Origin: Elusimicrobia bacterium RIFOXYA12_FULL_51_18
GTDB lineage: Bacteria; Elusimicrobiota; Elusimicrobia; Elusimicrobiales; UBA9959
Direction: 5' to 3'
Length of the DNA: 64,000 nucleotides
Assembly (NCBI GenBank): GCA_001800245.1
Contig: MGVA01000008.1
Location: 2,702-66,701, forward strand
Shown piece after piece: positions 8,707 to 18,369 of this stretch (position 1 is the first letter of the stretch; every line of letters begins with the position of its first letter). A model generated the notes under the pieces. The model ran no database searches. It saw only the letters and a list, made by a program, of their open reading frames with translations, and had not been told where the DNA came from. Made by a program: the position numbers and the translations under genes.

Positions 8707-9507
8707 TCATCGGCGCATACCCGACACATCCCCCAACTTCCGCCTGATTATGGAAGCCGAAAGAAGCGCTGCCGCTTCGATAAAGTTAAAGAAGCCGGCA
8801 CTCTTACGATGTTTCACGATCAACATGAACGCGCGCTTAAATTTCACGGTATATCCCTGTGAAACATTCGCGTTATGAACCCTGTACAGGAAAAGAGGGA
8901 CCTCTGAGGCGCATTGGATGCGGCCGCCCATGGCGATCCTGAGCCAGAGATCCGCGTCCTCCACCGCCACCATTGCGGGGGCCTCGTTAAATCCGCCCGC
9001 CCGCTCTAAAACATCTCTCCTCGCCATTACTCCGGAACACGCGATGAAGTGCTTTAGGTACAGGGTTCTGAAGATATTTCCGCTGACGCATATTTCAACT
9101 TTCGGGAGGACCTCTCCGGATACCGCCTCGCCCGTTATCGTCCTAAAACGCGAATAGACCATGGCGACATTACCCTCGCGGCTAAAGCCCTCCAGTTGCG
9201 CAGCCAATTTTTCCGGCAGCCAGAGGTCATCGGAATCCAGGAACGCCACATATTCCCCTTTGGCCAAACCTATCCCGTAATTTCTCGCCGCCGCTATTAT
9301 CCCTTTGTTTAAGAATTTCACATATCGTATCCGTGGATCGCCACAGGCCGTCACCACCGCTTCCGTATTGTCACCTGAATAGTTGTCAACTATGATAAGC
9401 TCAAAATTGGAATAAGTCTGGTTAAGCACCGATCCGATCGCGCCGCCGATAAAGGCGGCGTGGTTGTAGGTCGGCATCACTACTGAGATGAGTTTCGGTT
9501 CTGCCAT
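8707..9507 (-). CDS. Glycosyltransferase family 2
   Basis: The ATG at 9507 gives MAEPKLISVVMPTYNHAAFIGGAIGSVLNQTY. Also IIVDNYSGDNT and FLDSDD (DxD). The track TTG extension to 9555 is unlikely. Confidence 0.85.
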   Translation of the reverse strand: MAEPKLISVVMPTYNHAAFIGGAIGSVLNQTYSNFELIIVDNYSGDNTEAVVTACGDPRIRYVKFLNKGIIAAARNYGIGLAKGEYVAFLDSDDLWLPEKLAAQLEGFSREGNVAMVYSRFRTITGEAVSGEVLPKVEICVSGNIFRTLYLKHFIACSGVMARRDVLERAGGFNEAPAMVAVEDADLWLRIAMGGRIQCASEVPLFLYRVHNANVSQGYTVKFKRAFMLIVKHRKSAGFFNFIEAAALLSASIIRRKLGDVSGMRR

Positions 9508-9579
9508 AAGCACAATATCAAGACGGACAAGGCGCGGGGAGCAAGCCGGCGGCAAGAGGCGCGGTTGCCCGGTCCCGGA

Positions 9580-10356
9580 TTACTGACGCTTCCCGGCTTC
9601 CGACTTCCTTTCATCCCGCCAAAGAACGGCGGAAAATCCCGCAAAAAGCCCAAGCAGTGCGAACGCTATCATAGCCTGCGCGGGCGAAGGCCCCTCCGGC
9701 AGATCTGAAACTGCGGGAGCGGCGACCATCCTTATCCGGAAAGCATACTGGGTCTGGCCGTCCGTAATCACGCTCGCGTATTCCCGCAGCGTATCGGACA
9801 GATCCCCGACCCAGGCCGTCAGGTCTCCCGACACGCTCTTCATTTCGGGAGAAAGCGCCGCATTCCTGAGGCGCAGATCTATATCTATTTTCGCCTTCTC
9901 AAGGCGTTGCGCCCCCTCTACCGCCAGGGACACTTTTCTGGAGTATGAGGCATCTTCCGCCGGGAATTCTTCATTCAGGACTTCCGGCATAGCGTTGAGC
10001 GCCTTTTTTGTCTTTTCAATGTCCCGTGAAGGCGCAAAAACATATACCTTTATCAACTGTGTTTGAAACAGCACCTTCGCCCGCATTTTTGGGAGACTCG
10101 CCCGCCCTTTTAAGCCGGACTTCTCCGCGATCTTGGCGTTCAGCACTCCGCTCTCTATGGCCTGCCGGATGGTACTGGCCACAGATACGCTGTAGGGTCC
10201 GATCATGCTTGACTTAACTTCCAACAATGTCGAAACCTCATAAACCTCTGGAGTCAGAAGAACGACCGCCGCCCCGGAAATGAGCGCCGCGATGAACACC
10301 GCCGTCACAAGCGCGGCTCTGGCACGGATCAAATCTAAAAATCTCAACATTCTCAT
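9580..10356 (-). CDS. Short Wzz-like polysaccharide co-polymerase (chain-length regulator), copy 1
   Basis: N-terminal TM followed by TPEVYEVSTLL (P-x-Y motif), a coiled-coil middle, and a Pro-rich LPEGPSPAQAMIAFALLGLFAG motif entering a C-terminal TM. Strong SD (GGAGGAG) upstream. Confidence 0.7.
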   Translation of the reverse strand: MRMLRFLDLIRARAALVTAVFIAALISGAAVVLLTPEVYEVSTLLEVKSSMIGPYSVSVASTIRQAIESGVLNAKIAEKSGLKGRASLPKMRAKVLFQTQLIKVYVFAPSRDIEKTKKALNAMPEVLNEEFPAEDASYSRKVSLAVEGAQRLEKAKIDIDLRLRNAALSPEMKSVSGDLTAWVGDLSDTLREYASVITDGQTQYAFRIRMVAAPAVSDLPEGPSPAQAMIAFALLGLFAGFSAVLWRDERKSEAGKRQ

Positions 10357-10367
10357 TCAACTCCTCC

Positions 10368-11723
10368 TCACGCGCGGCCGGGGACGTTCCGCGCGCACAT
10401 GGAATAAAGGCAAAGCAATAGATAGAAAGGAACGGCGAACCTGACCGCATCCACCACGAACCAGTCAATACCGAAAGAACCGAGAAAATAAGTGTAGAAA
10501 ACAACCAGGACGGTGGCTCTGAGCGCGGCCTGCTTAAAAGGCTCCCTGTAGGCCAGCGAACGATACACTTTCTGAAAAAGAAAGGAGATTAGAAATATGC
10601 CAACCAGCCCCGCTACCGGGCCGAACAAAGCGTATGCCTCCCCATAAACAGTCATAATATCAGACTGGTAATTAACACTCACGGCCTGAAGGGAACTTTC
10701 CGACACACCGTTGTAGATGAATGAAAGCAAATTCGCCGCCTTGGGAGTGTCGAAAACGTTAAACCCGGGGGTAAGGCCGCTATCAATTATGCTTTTAAAA
10801 TAGTGCTGGAAATTTATAACACCGCTGTACTTAATACTGCTGGAAATAACTTCCGCCCCCATATCCAGCAGCCCCAGCCGGTCAAAAATAATTCTGAACG
10901 GCACGGTGGCATACATCTTGCGCACAACAAGACTAGTCAGGACAAATAGGGAGACAGCCAGCGGAACCATGGCAGTCAGGACTATATACGCCCTTTTTTT
11001 GAGCGCGATCCGCCCGTTGACGGCGAACCAGGCGCAAAATGAATAAAAGAACAGCGACAATATGGCCGACCGGCTCCCGACATATGTCCTGGACACCACG
11101 AAGACAAGTCCCATGCAAAATACGAGAATTTTCTGCCATTTATCCAGCGCCCCGTAATACAGGGCGACAAAAACAAGGCCAAAGAGCAGCACAATATCCG
11201 TGTTGAAGACTATCCAGATATATCCCTTGAGAAAGTTTAATGGCCGGAAATTAAGGTTTAGCACGACTCCCAACAAAAAGAACAAGATCGGCGGGAACAA
11301 CCACACGGAAACGACCCCGAAGTTCTCTCTTTGACGGGGTTCAAAACCGTTCTCGGCGAACGTATCGACGCCTAGAAAAATAAAGCAGTTAGCCAGGATG
11401 ACATACAGTAGCCCGTTGCTCAAGTCCGCCGCCGCGAAGGCACTGCGCACCAACACAGTAGACCACGGTTCCCACAAAAGAGTAGCGACCCTGAACTCGT
11501 AAAAAAATACCGAATACATAACGAGAAGCAGCAGGAACGGATTTGGACGACGTTTTGTTACCAGGAGAAAAAAATAGTTCTGGGCGGCAAAAGCAAGACA
11601 AAGATAGACCGTATAAGCATTCACGTATGCGTTCGTGCCGCGATAAATGAACAGTACAAGTATCCCCGCGGCTATAACCGCGTTAACAGCCGCCAGAAAT
11701 GAGCTAAAATCTAATTTTGACAT
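10368..11723 (-). CDS. Wzy-like polytopic membrane protein (candidate O-unit polymerase), copy 1
   Basis: About 10-12 hydrophobic segments. GSRSAILSLFFYSFCAW, IIDSGLTPGFNVFDTPKAAN and YQSDIMTVYGEAY are shared with the two paralogs. Paired with a Wzz-like gene. Confidence 0.55.
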   Translation of the reverse strand: MSKLDFSSFLAAVNAVIAAGILVLFIYRGTNAYVNAYTVYLCLAFAAQNYFFLLVTKRRPNPFLLLLVMYSVFFYEFRVATLLWEPWSTVLVRSAFAAADLSNGLLYVILANCFIFLGVDTFAENGFEPRQRENFGVVSVWLFPPILFFLLGVVLNLNFRPLNFLKGYIWIVFNTDIVLLFGLVFVALYYGALDKWQKILVFCMGLVFVVSRTYVGSRSAILSLFFYSFCAWFAVNGRIALKKRAYIVLTAMVPLAVSLFVLTSLVVRKMYATVPFRIIFDRLGLLDMGAEVISSSIKYSGVINFQHYFKSIIDSGLTPGFNVFDTPKAANLLSFIYNGVSESSLQAVSVNYQSDIMTVYGEAYALFGPVAGLVGIFLISFLFQKVYRSLAYREPFKQAALRATVLVVFYTYFLGSFGIDWFVVDAVRFAVPFYLLLCLYSMCARNVPGRA

Positions 11724-11756
11724 AAATACCGCGATCCGAACATTTAAAAACTGGCG

Positions 11757-12539
11757 CTACCCCCCGGCAACATCTTTCCTTCCGGAATCGTGTCCATCAA
11801 CCCACAGGGCGGCGGTCAAGCCTATAAACAAACCAAGTAAACCGAAAGCTATCAGGACCTGCGGCCGCGAGGGCCCAGCCGGGATGTCTGCGACTGAAGG
11901 CTGCAGGATCATGCGCATATTGAAAGCGTTAAGCGTTTGGGCATCACGCCTAAGTTTCTCCGATGATCCCACAAGTTCGCCGATAGACCGCGACATCCTC
12001 ACAATTTCCGCGGCCGGTTTTGCCTGCTCCGGAGAAAGTTTGGCGCGCTCCAGTTTTAGATCAAGATCGCGCCTTACGGCCTGAAAACGTTCCAATTCTT
12101 TTTTTAAAATGTCGATCTGCTGGAAATAGTCATTGTTTTCACTGGGGAACTCCTTATTCAGGACCTTGAGCACGGAATAAAAGACTGTCTTAGTTCGTTC
12201 CACTTGTTCACCGGGAACAAAGGTATAGATCTTTAAGAACTGGGTATAAAAACCGATTCCCGCCTTTAATTTCGGCAGGGAAGCGGCCCCATCCAATCCG
12301 GCCTCTTTTACGATCTTCTTGTCCAAAGCCCCGGAATCAATGACCTTTTTTACAAGCGCCGGCAAAGTTTCATCATAAGCTCCCGTTATTTTCGCGCGGA
12401 CCTCCACCAGCATCGAAACTTCATACAGAGGAGGCTGGAAGGAAAAAACAGCCATTCCGAGGATAACCGAGATCAATATCGCTCCCAAGACCAGTCCCGC
12501 CCGGGAACGGCATATCGTAAAGAATCCCGACAATATCAT
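11757..12539 (-). CDS. Short Wzz-like polysaccharide co-polymerase, copy 2
   Basis: Alignable by eye with 9580..10356 over its full length (QPPLYEVSMLVEV, SLPKLKA, IPAGPSRPQVLIAFGLLGLFIG). ATGA overlap with the upstream Wzy-like gene. Confidence 0.7.
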   Translation of the reverse strand: MILSGFFTICRSRAGLVLGAILISVILGMAVFSFQPPLYEVSMLVEVRAKITGAYDETLPALVKKVIDSGALDKKIVKEAGLDGAASLPKLKAGIGFYTQFLKIYTFVPGEQVERTKTVFYSVLKVLNKEFPSENNDYFQQIDILKKELERFQAVRRDLDLKLERAKLSPEQAKPAAEIVRMSRSIGELVGSSEKLRRDAQTLNAFNMRMILQPSVADIPAGPSRPQVLIAFGLLGLFIGLTAALWVDGHDSGRKDVAGG

Positions 12540-13942
12540 AGAAGCTCCCCCGGAATCCGGTCAGGACGACGCTGCGCATATTTAGAAACCACATACAGAA
12601 GGATAAAATAAGGAACGATTCCCCTGACAATAAACACCACCAGCCAATCCATACCTAAAGACTCAAGGAAATAGGTGTAAAAGATGACCAGGATCGCGGC
12701 CCTGAGAGCGGCCGACCTGAACGGATCACCGCCGTCCAGCCGCCGGTAGACAGCCTGAAAAAGAAAAGAAAGCGCGAATATCCATGCCAGCCCCGCGAGC
12801 GGACCGAATAAAATATACGCCTCACCGTAAAGGGTCAGCATATCCGATTGATAGAGGGAGGTCACCGCCTTAAGGGACAATCCCGGCTTTTCTCTGTAGA
12901 CATAAGAAATGGCATTAGCGGCCTTAGGGGCGTCAAAGATATTAAACCCGGGGGTAAGCCCGTTATCGATAATACTTTTGAAATAATATTCAAAGTTAAC
13001 GACTTGGCCGTACCTTAGACTATTCGCGATCATATCGGTGCTCATATCGAGAAAACCGATACGGTCAAGTATCGTCTGGTAACGTACAGGTTTCCGCTGC
13101 GAATAGGGAACGGAAGAATAACCTGGGCGCATAAGCGTAGCAGGGATAAAGAGCAGCACGGAACACAAAACGGCTATCGCAACTGCCGCATATAATTTCT
13201 TTTTAAAGACAACGTGGCCTTTTACGGCGAACCAGGCGCAAAACGAAAAGAATAAAAACAGCAATATGGCCGAGCGGCTGCCCGTAGAAGCACGGCAGGC
13301 AATAAAGCCCAAAACAACGCAAAGAATAAGTATTTTCTGCCAGCGGCTCATTGCGCCGTAATATAGTATCAGAAGCACGATAGAAAACAACAGCATGACT
13401 TCCGAATTGAGAACAACACCCAAATACCCATTAAGTCCTTCGAGCGCCTTAAACCCGGGTTCAAGGATGATCGCGATAAAGAATAGAAAAACCGGAACAA
13501 ATACGCGCACGGACGCATTAGCGGACGGCCGCGAAGAAATCGTCTCCTGAGAGTTATCCGGCCGGATGGCCAGTCCCAGGAATACCGCCATGTTCGCCAT
13601 GATCACAAAGATCAGGCAATCATTCAGGTCCGCCGCCGATAAAGGATTTCGGACCAGGACCATCGACCACGGATCCCATAAAAGTGTCGCGACCCTGAAC
13701 TCATAGAAACATATCGCGTGGATAACCAGCAGCAGCAAAAAAGGATCCGGACTTTTTCTTGTTACCGAAAGGAAAAAGTGAGTTTGCGCGGCAAAGGCCA
13801 GCGACAAGCAAGCCGTATACACATTAACATAGTCATTCTGCCCGCGAAAAAAGAACAAAACAAGGATAGCTGCGGCCACAGCCGCATTCCCCCACATAAG
13901 GAATGAGCTGAAATCTATCTCATCCGATTTATCGGCCGGCAT
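12536..13942 (-). CDS. Wzy-like polytopic membrane protein, copy 2
   Basis: Paralog of 10368..11723 (EIDFSSFL..., FYEFRVATLLWDPWSMVLVR, GSRSAILLFLFFSFCAW, IIDNGLTPGFNIFDAPKAAN, YQSDMLTLYGEAY). The ATG at 13942 aligns with the paralog's start. The track start at 13993 overlaps the upstream gene. Confidence 0.55.
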   Translation of the reverse strand: MPADKSDEIDFSSFLMWGNAAVAAAILVLFFFRGQNDYVNVYTACLSLAFAAQTHFFLSVTRKSPDPFLLLLVIHAICFYEFRVATLLWDPWSMVLVRNPLSAADLNDCLIFVIMANMAVFLGLAIRPDNSQETISSRPSANASVRVFVPVFLFFIAIILEPGFKALEGLNGYLGVVLNSEVMLLFSIVLLILYYGAMSRWQKILILCVVLGFIACRASTGSRSAILLFLFFSFCAWFAVKGHVVFKKKLYAAVAIAVLCSVLLFIPATLMRPGYSSVPYSQRKPVRYQTILDRIGFLDMSTDMIANSLRYGQVVNFEYYFKSIIDNGLTPGFNIFDAPKAANAISYVYREKPGLSLKAVTSLYQSDMLTLYGEAYILFGPLAGLAWIFALSFLFQAVYRRLDGGDPFRSAALRAAILVIFYTYFLESLGMDWLVVFIVRGIVPYFILLYVVSKYAQRRPDRIPGELL

Positions 13943-14912
13943 CAGATTTGCCTTTAAATTGCTCACAAAGCTCCAAAGTCCTTTCGATTTCACTCTGCAT
14001 ATCGCCTGTAAGGCGATAGCCTGTCTTAAGCAGTTTATCTATTCGATAATCGACAAAATCCGGGGCAGGTGAACCGGATTTATCCGCCACCACAGTAAGC
14101 TCGCCAGGTTCCTTACCGTACTTTTGCCGGTAGCCCCGCTCTATTTTCCGCACAACATCCAGGACGGATATTGACCGGCCGCCGCCAAGGTTGTACAGCC
14201 CACCCGCCCAATTGTCCGGGATTGAGAAGAGAAAATGCCTTACAGCTTCGGCCGCGTCCCCAAGGGATATGAAATCCCGCAACTGTTTGCCGGATGACCT
14301 AAGAACGATCTTCCCGGTACTCATAAGCTGACGGCAAAGGTCGTTAAAAACAAGCGACCATGTGTCCACCTCTTTATGCATCGGATATCCGTAACCGTTA
14401 GACATCCTGAAGACCAGAGTCTTCATGCCGTGATAATGCCTGAAGTAGCTCACAAGGTCTTCGGCCGCCCGGTGGGTTATAGCGTAAGGATGAACGGGCC
14501 TGGTCGGACTTTCTTCGGTGATGGTCCCGGCCAAAGAGGGACCGTACGCATGTATCGTGGAAAAATAGACAAAGCGTCCGACCCCGTGCTTTTTGGCGCA
14601 TTCCAGCAGCCGGTATGTTCCGTTGGTGTTTACCTCCAAAGCTGATCCAGGGTCTTTGGCCGACTCGATATCGTTCATGGCCGCAAGGTGAATTACAACG
14701 TCTATTTTCTTCCCCTCAAGGCAGGCGTCTATGGACCCGCTGTCGCGCACGTCCAACCGCGCCACGGGAAAGCCCCGGGCCCATGAGGGGAGTTCTTTTT
14801 TTTCGTTCCGCGTCGTCAGGAATATGTTGGCCCCGGGCGCGCTCCTACGAAGATGGTCCGCCACGCGCCCCCCCACATAGCCCAGGCCGCCGGTTATCAA
14901 AATGTTCTTCAT
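13929..14912 (-). CDS. NAD-dependent epimerase/dehydratase family SDR
   Basis: ILITGGLGYVGG Rossmann motif, extended-SDR length, overlaps the upstream cupin gene by 4 nt. Confidence 0.75.
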   Translation of the reverse strand: MKNILITGGLGYVGGRVADHLRRSAPGANIFLTTRNEKKELPSWARGFPVARLDVRDSGSIDACLEGKKIDVVIHLAAMNDIESAKDPGSALEVNTNGTYRLLECAKKHGVGRFVYFSTIHAYGPSLAGTITEESPTRPVHPYAITHRAAEDLVSYFRHYHGMKTLVFRMSNGYGYPMHKEVDTWSLVFNDLCRQLMSTGKIVLRSSGKQLRDFISLGDAAEAVRHFLFSIPDNWAGGLYNLGGGRSISVLDVVRKIERGYRQKYGKEPGELTVVADKSGSPAPDFVDYRIDKLLKTGYRLTGDMQSEIERTLELCEQFKGKSDAGR

Positions 14913-15358
14913 TTATGTTTCAAAGCCCAATCGTACGGGATACGCTTGTTAAAAGGGTCCAACCGATCTATTTCGCCGGAGGAATGCGGCACCGATGCAA
15001 GATTGGCCACTACGGCCATTTCAGTCCCCATCCCCTTAAATCCGTTCCAAACCAGCGGCGGGATCTTCACCAGCGAGTAATTCTCGGAACCCAGGAATAT
15101 TTCCTGCAGTTCCCCTTTTGTCTCGGATTTATCCCTGTCGTCGTATAGCACGAGCTTGATCATTCCATGGACTACCGCATAATTAAGGGTCATTTCCTTA
15201 TGAATATGCCAGCCCTTGATCGCGCCGGGATAAACAGTGGAAAAATATATTTCGCCGAACTTTTCAAATTCCGGGCTGTCGGCGCGCAACATATGCATTA
15301 TGGTACCGCGCTCATCGGGTATTTTTTTCAGGGGTTTTATCAAAACTCCGTCGATCAT
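14909..15358 (-). CDS. RmlC-like cupin sugar 3,5-epimerase/ketoisomerase
   Basis: The ATG at 15358 gives MIDGVLIKPLKKIPDERGTIMHML...IKGWHIHKEM, resembling small dTDP-4-dehydrorhamnose 3,5-epimerase-like cupins. Confidence 0.6.
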   Translation of the reverse strand: MIDGVLIKPLKKIPDERGTIMHMLRADSPEFEKFGEIYFSTVYPGAIKGWHIHKEMTLNYAVVHGMIKLVLYDDRDKSETKGELQEIFLGSENYSLVKIPPLVWNGFKGMGTEMAVVANLASVPHSSGEIDRLDPFNKRIPYDWALKHK

Positions 15359-15425
15359 ATAATAAGTCCTCCAAGCTATAGCTATAGCAGCTCTTGTCTT
15401 TCCGCCAAAGCGCGCCCACAAACTG

Positions 15426-16730
15426 TCAGGCCGGCAGCCCTTCCATAAGTCTATGGTAGAGAGCCTCGTAATTACCTATCGCTTTTTCATATGAAAATCT
15501 GGACTCAAATCTCTCCCGGCCTTTGCGGCCCATTTCAGAGCGAGTCGCCGCATCCCCGAGCAGACGTAAAATAGCCCCGGCCAGAGCCCCGGCGTCCGAC
15601 GGGGCGACCACAAGTCCGGTCTCACCGTCGAGTATTTGTTCCGGAATGCCGGCGATCCTGGTACCAATAACCGGTTTCCCAAAACTCATAGCCTCAAGGA
15701 TCACGTTTGGAAAATCTTCATATCCTATCGAAGACAGGATAAACACGTCAAATATGCGCATTATATCGAACACATTCGCTTCTCTTCCAAGGAACCGCAC
15801 ATTTTCCTTTATCCCCAGGCCCGCCGCAAGTTTTTCAAGCCGTTCCCTTTCACTTCCCACGCCTTCTATAACAAGCAACACTTTGGAAAAGTCCGGGGAT
15901 TTATCCCTTATTATCGCCATTGCCTCCAGAAGGTACTTATGACCTTTTCTGGGCTCAAGGATTGCCACATTCCCCAAAACCGTAATCCCTTCGAATATCC
16001 TCAGTCGTTCCCTCACGGCCTCCGCGGATTCTTTCATCGGGCGGACGGAGATGCCGTTGGGAATAGTCAAGAAACTACCCGCTGCAGATTTAAACACCTC
16101 ACGGATCCTGGTTCCGGAATATTCCGAACCCGTGACAAAAACAGAGACATTCCGGGCAACAAAGCCGTCTATGGGTTTCTCCAATTTTCTACCAAAACTG
16201 GAATACGGAACTGGAAGGCTGTTGACCACGAATATCACCCGTTGGACCCCGGCCAATTTTGCCGCGAAAACCGCGGAAATACAGGTATGGGCCGCGGGAT
16301 ACCCCCCGTTATTTATATGAAGAATATCCGGACGAACCTTCTTAAAAAGAAAAAACAATACCGCTACGGCATGAAGAGCGAAAAGATATTTTAATAAAGT
16401 AAAAAACCCGGTCAACCGCAGAATTATGGACACTATAGCCAATCCGGGCCGGTCCAACGCGGTTAAAACCCCATCGGTACTAAAAACTCTCACCGGAATA
16501 GTTCCGGCTTCAGGAGCAACCCTGGAACTAAGCCCGTCCGCATATTTAGGGCTATACCGGTATGCAAACATGACATCGAACTTACGGCCGATCTCCGGGC
16601 TTCCCAATAAAGTGACCGGCATATTTTCACAACCGGCAAAAAACGAACAATCCGAATAAACCAGGATCCTGGGTCGTTTTACGGTCACAGCCCCCAAAGC
16701 ACCCGGACTATAGGCTGGTTTTGTCAGCAT
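15426..16730 (-). CDS. Glycosyltransferase family 4
   Basis: RILVYSDCSFFAGCENM N-terminal region and SSIGYEDFPNVILEAMSFGKPVIGTRIAGIPE C-terminal motif. Confidence 0.8.
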   Translation of the reverse strand: MLTKPAYSPGALGAVTVKRPRILVYSDCSFFAGCENMPVTLLGSPEIGRKFDVMFAYRYSPKYADGLSSRVAPEAGTIPVRVFSTDGVLTALDRPGLAIVSIILRLTGFFTLLKYLFALHAVAVLFFLFKKVRPDILHINNGGYPAAHTCISAVFAAKLAGVQRVIFVVNSLPVPYSSFGRKLEKPIDGFVARNVSVFVTGSEYSGTRIREVFKSAAGSFLTIPNGISVRPMKESAEAVRERLRIFEGITVLGNVAILEPRKGHKYLLEAMAIIRDKSPDFSKVLLVIEGVGSERERLEKLAAGLGIKENVRFLGREANVFDIMRIFDVFILSSIGYEDFPNVILEAMSFGKPVIGTRIAGIPEQILDGETGLVVAPSDAGALAGAILRLLGDAATRSEMGRKGRERFESRFSYEKAIGNYEALYHRLMEGLPA

Positions 16731-17668
16731 CTTCTATCCATATAGCCTTTAAGGGTCAGTTTCAACCCTTCTTCAAGTCCGGTCACCGGAGTCCAGCCCA
16801 GTATCTTCCTTGCCCTTGAAATATCGGCGTAGTATTCCATTATTTCAGCGGTCCGATAGTTTTTCCCGCCCACATCCAGTAAGGGTTCTTTTTTCAAGAG
16901 CGCGGCTATTTTACACGCGACGTCTTTTATTTTATACGGGGTCCCGGACCCGATATTGAACACTTCACCGAATCCGCTTTCGGCAATTCCCGCCTTCAAG
17001 TAGGCGTCGACAAGATCATCGACATAAATGAAATCCCTTGTCTGCTCCCCATGGGTCATTGAAAATTTCTCTCCCCGCATAAGGGCCGTTATAAGCGCGG
17101 GGATGAACATCCCCGGTTCCTGGACAGGGCCATAGGCAAGCGTCGGCCTCAGGACAATAACGGGCAAATGATACACCTTGAAAAACATGCTTGCGAGATA
17201 TGAAACGCAGATCTTTGAAAACGAATACGGACCCACGGGATCTTCCCGGTACGATTCAAGGAACGGCGGCAGGGCTCTCCCGTATTCTTCGGCGGTACCG
17301 GAAACCACAATAGACCGGCAGGAAGGAACCGTCCTGAGGGATCCGAACAAATTTACCGCGCCAAAGAGGTTCACCTCCAGCATCGGCTTGATCAGCGCCG
17401 GATCCTGGGCCCGGTCGACACGGGCCGCCAGATGGAAAACGATTTCAGGCGAAATACCGGAAACCGCGGCGTTCAAGGCTTCGGCGTTACGGATATCACA
17501 CTGTATCTCATTGGGCGTTTGAGCCGCCGCGGGCCTGTTATCCAGGGAATAGACTACGGCCCCAATCTGCAAAAGACGTTTTTTAAGCCGGCCCCCGATA
17601 AATCCGGAGCCGCCGGTCAAGAGGACCTTTTTATTCAGATACTTTTTCTCGAAAGAAGAATCGGTCAT
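16724..17668 (-). CDS. NAD-dependent epimerase/dehydratase family SDR
   Basis: VLLTGGSGFIGG and YSFSKICVSYL (YxxxK). Confidence 0.8.
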   Translation of the reverse strand: MTDSSFEKKYLNKKVLLTGGSGFIGGRLKKRLLQIGAVVYSLDNRPAAAQTPNEIQCDIRNAEALNAAVSGISPEIVFHLAARVDRAQDPALIKPMLEVNLFGAVNLFGSLRTVPSCRSIVVSGTAEEYGRALPPFLESYREDPVGPYSFSKICVSYLASMFFKVYHLPVIVLRPTLAYGPVQEPGMFIPALITALMRGEKFSMTHGEQTRDFIYVDDLVDAYLKAGIAESGFGEVFNIGSGTPYKIKDVACKIAALLKKEPLLDVGGKNYRTAEIMEYYADISRARKILGWTPVTGLEEGLKLTLKGYMDRRC

Positions 17669-18210
17669 TTAGGGTTTGGGCCCTTACAGGTTTCAAGATA
17701 ATATGTCAGCGTGTTTAGCGGAAATAACATTGATAATCTAGCTTCATAAAAAATGGGGTATTTATTGGCAAACCTCTTAAGGAGGTTCCCGGACAAACAA
17801 TGCGTCATCCCCTCATCGAACACTACCCGCTTGACCCTGAAATGACACCGGGAATACTTATAGTACCGGTTAAAATCTTTGTCCGGATCAAAATAGTCAA
17901 AACTCCGCACGGTAAAAAAATGCCTATGCGTGGGATCGATGAACGCGTAGTGACTGCGGAAGAACGGGACAATAACCTTTATAAAGGCTCCGTTCTTTGT
18001 GATCCGATGGAGTTCCTCTATTACTTTTATGACATCGTCCAGATGCTCCAGGACATTGTCGGCCTGTACATAATCGAACTGATCATCGGTAAAAGCATAA
18101 GGGAACTTGTTCAGATCATGTACCACATCGGCATCCGAATCCGGAGAGATATCTATGCCTATAGAACCTTCCAGCTTTCTCTTGCCGCACCCCAAGTCCA
18201 ACATTTTCAT
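17665..18210 (-). CDS. Class I SAM-dependent methyltransferase
   Basis: MLDLGCGKRKLEGSIGIDI (motif I) and ADNVLEHLDD. Confidence 0.8.
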   Translation of the reverse strand: MKMLDLGCGKRKLEGSIGIDISPDSDADVVHDLNKFPYAFTDDQFDYVQADNVLEHLDDVIKVIEELHRITKNGAFIKVIVPFFRSHYAFIDPTHRHFFTVRSFDYFDPDKDFNRYYKYSRCHFRVKRVVFDEGMTHCLSGNLLKRFANKYPIFYEARLSMLFPLNTLTYYLETCKGPNPK

Positions 18211-18369
18211 ATGCCAGCCTCATTCAATATCAACAGCGCACTAATTATAAATGATACTTAACTAACCCTTAAAATACGGTACAGTCACAAGATCAGATTG
18301 TTTTTCGTCAAAACCCGCTCTTTTTCAACCCTTGCCATTATTTTAGCAAATCATATCATTCCGGACTCT

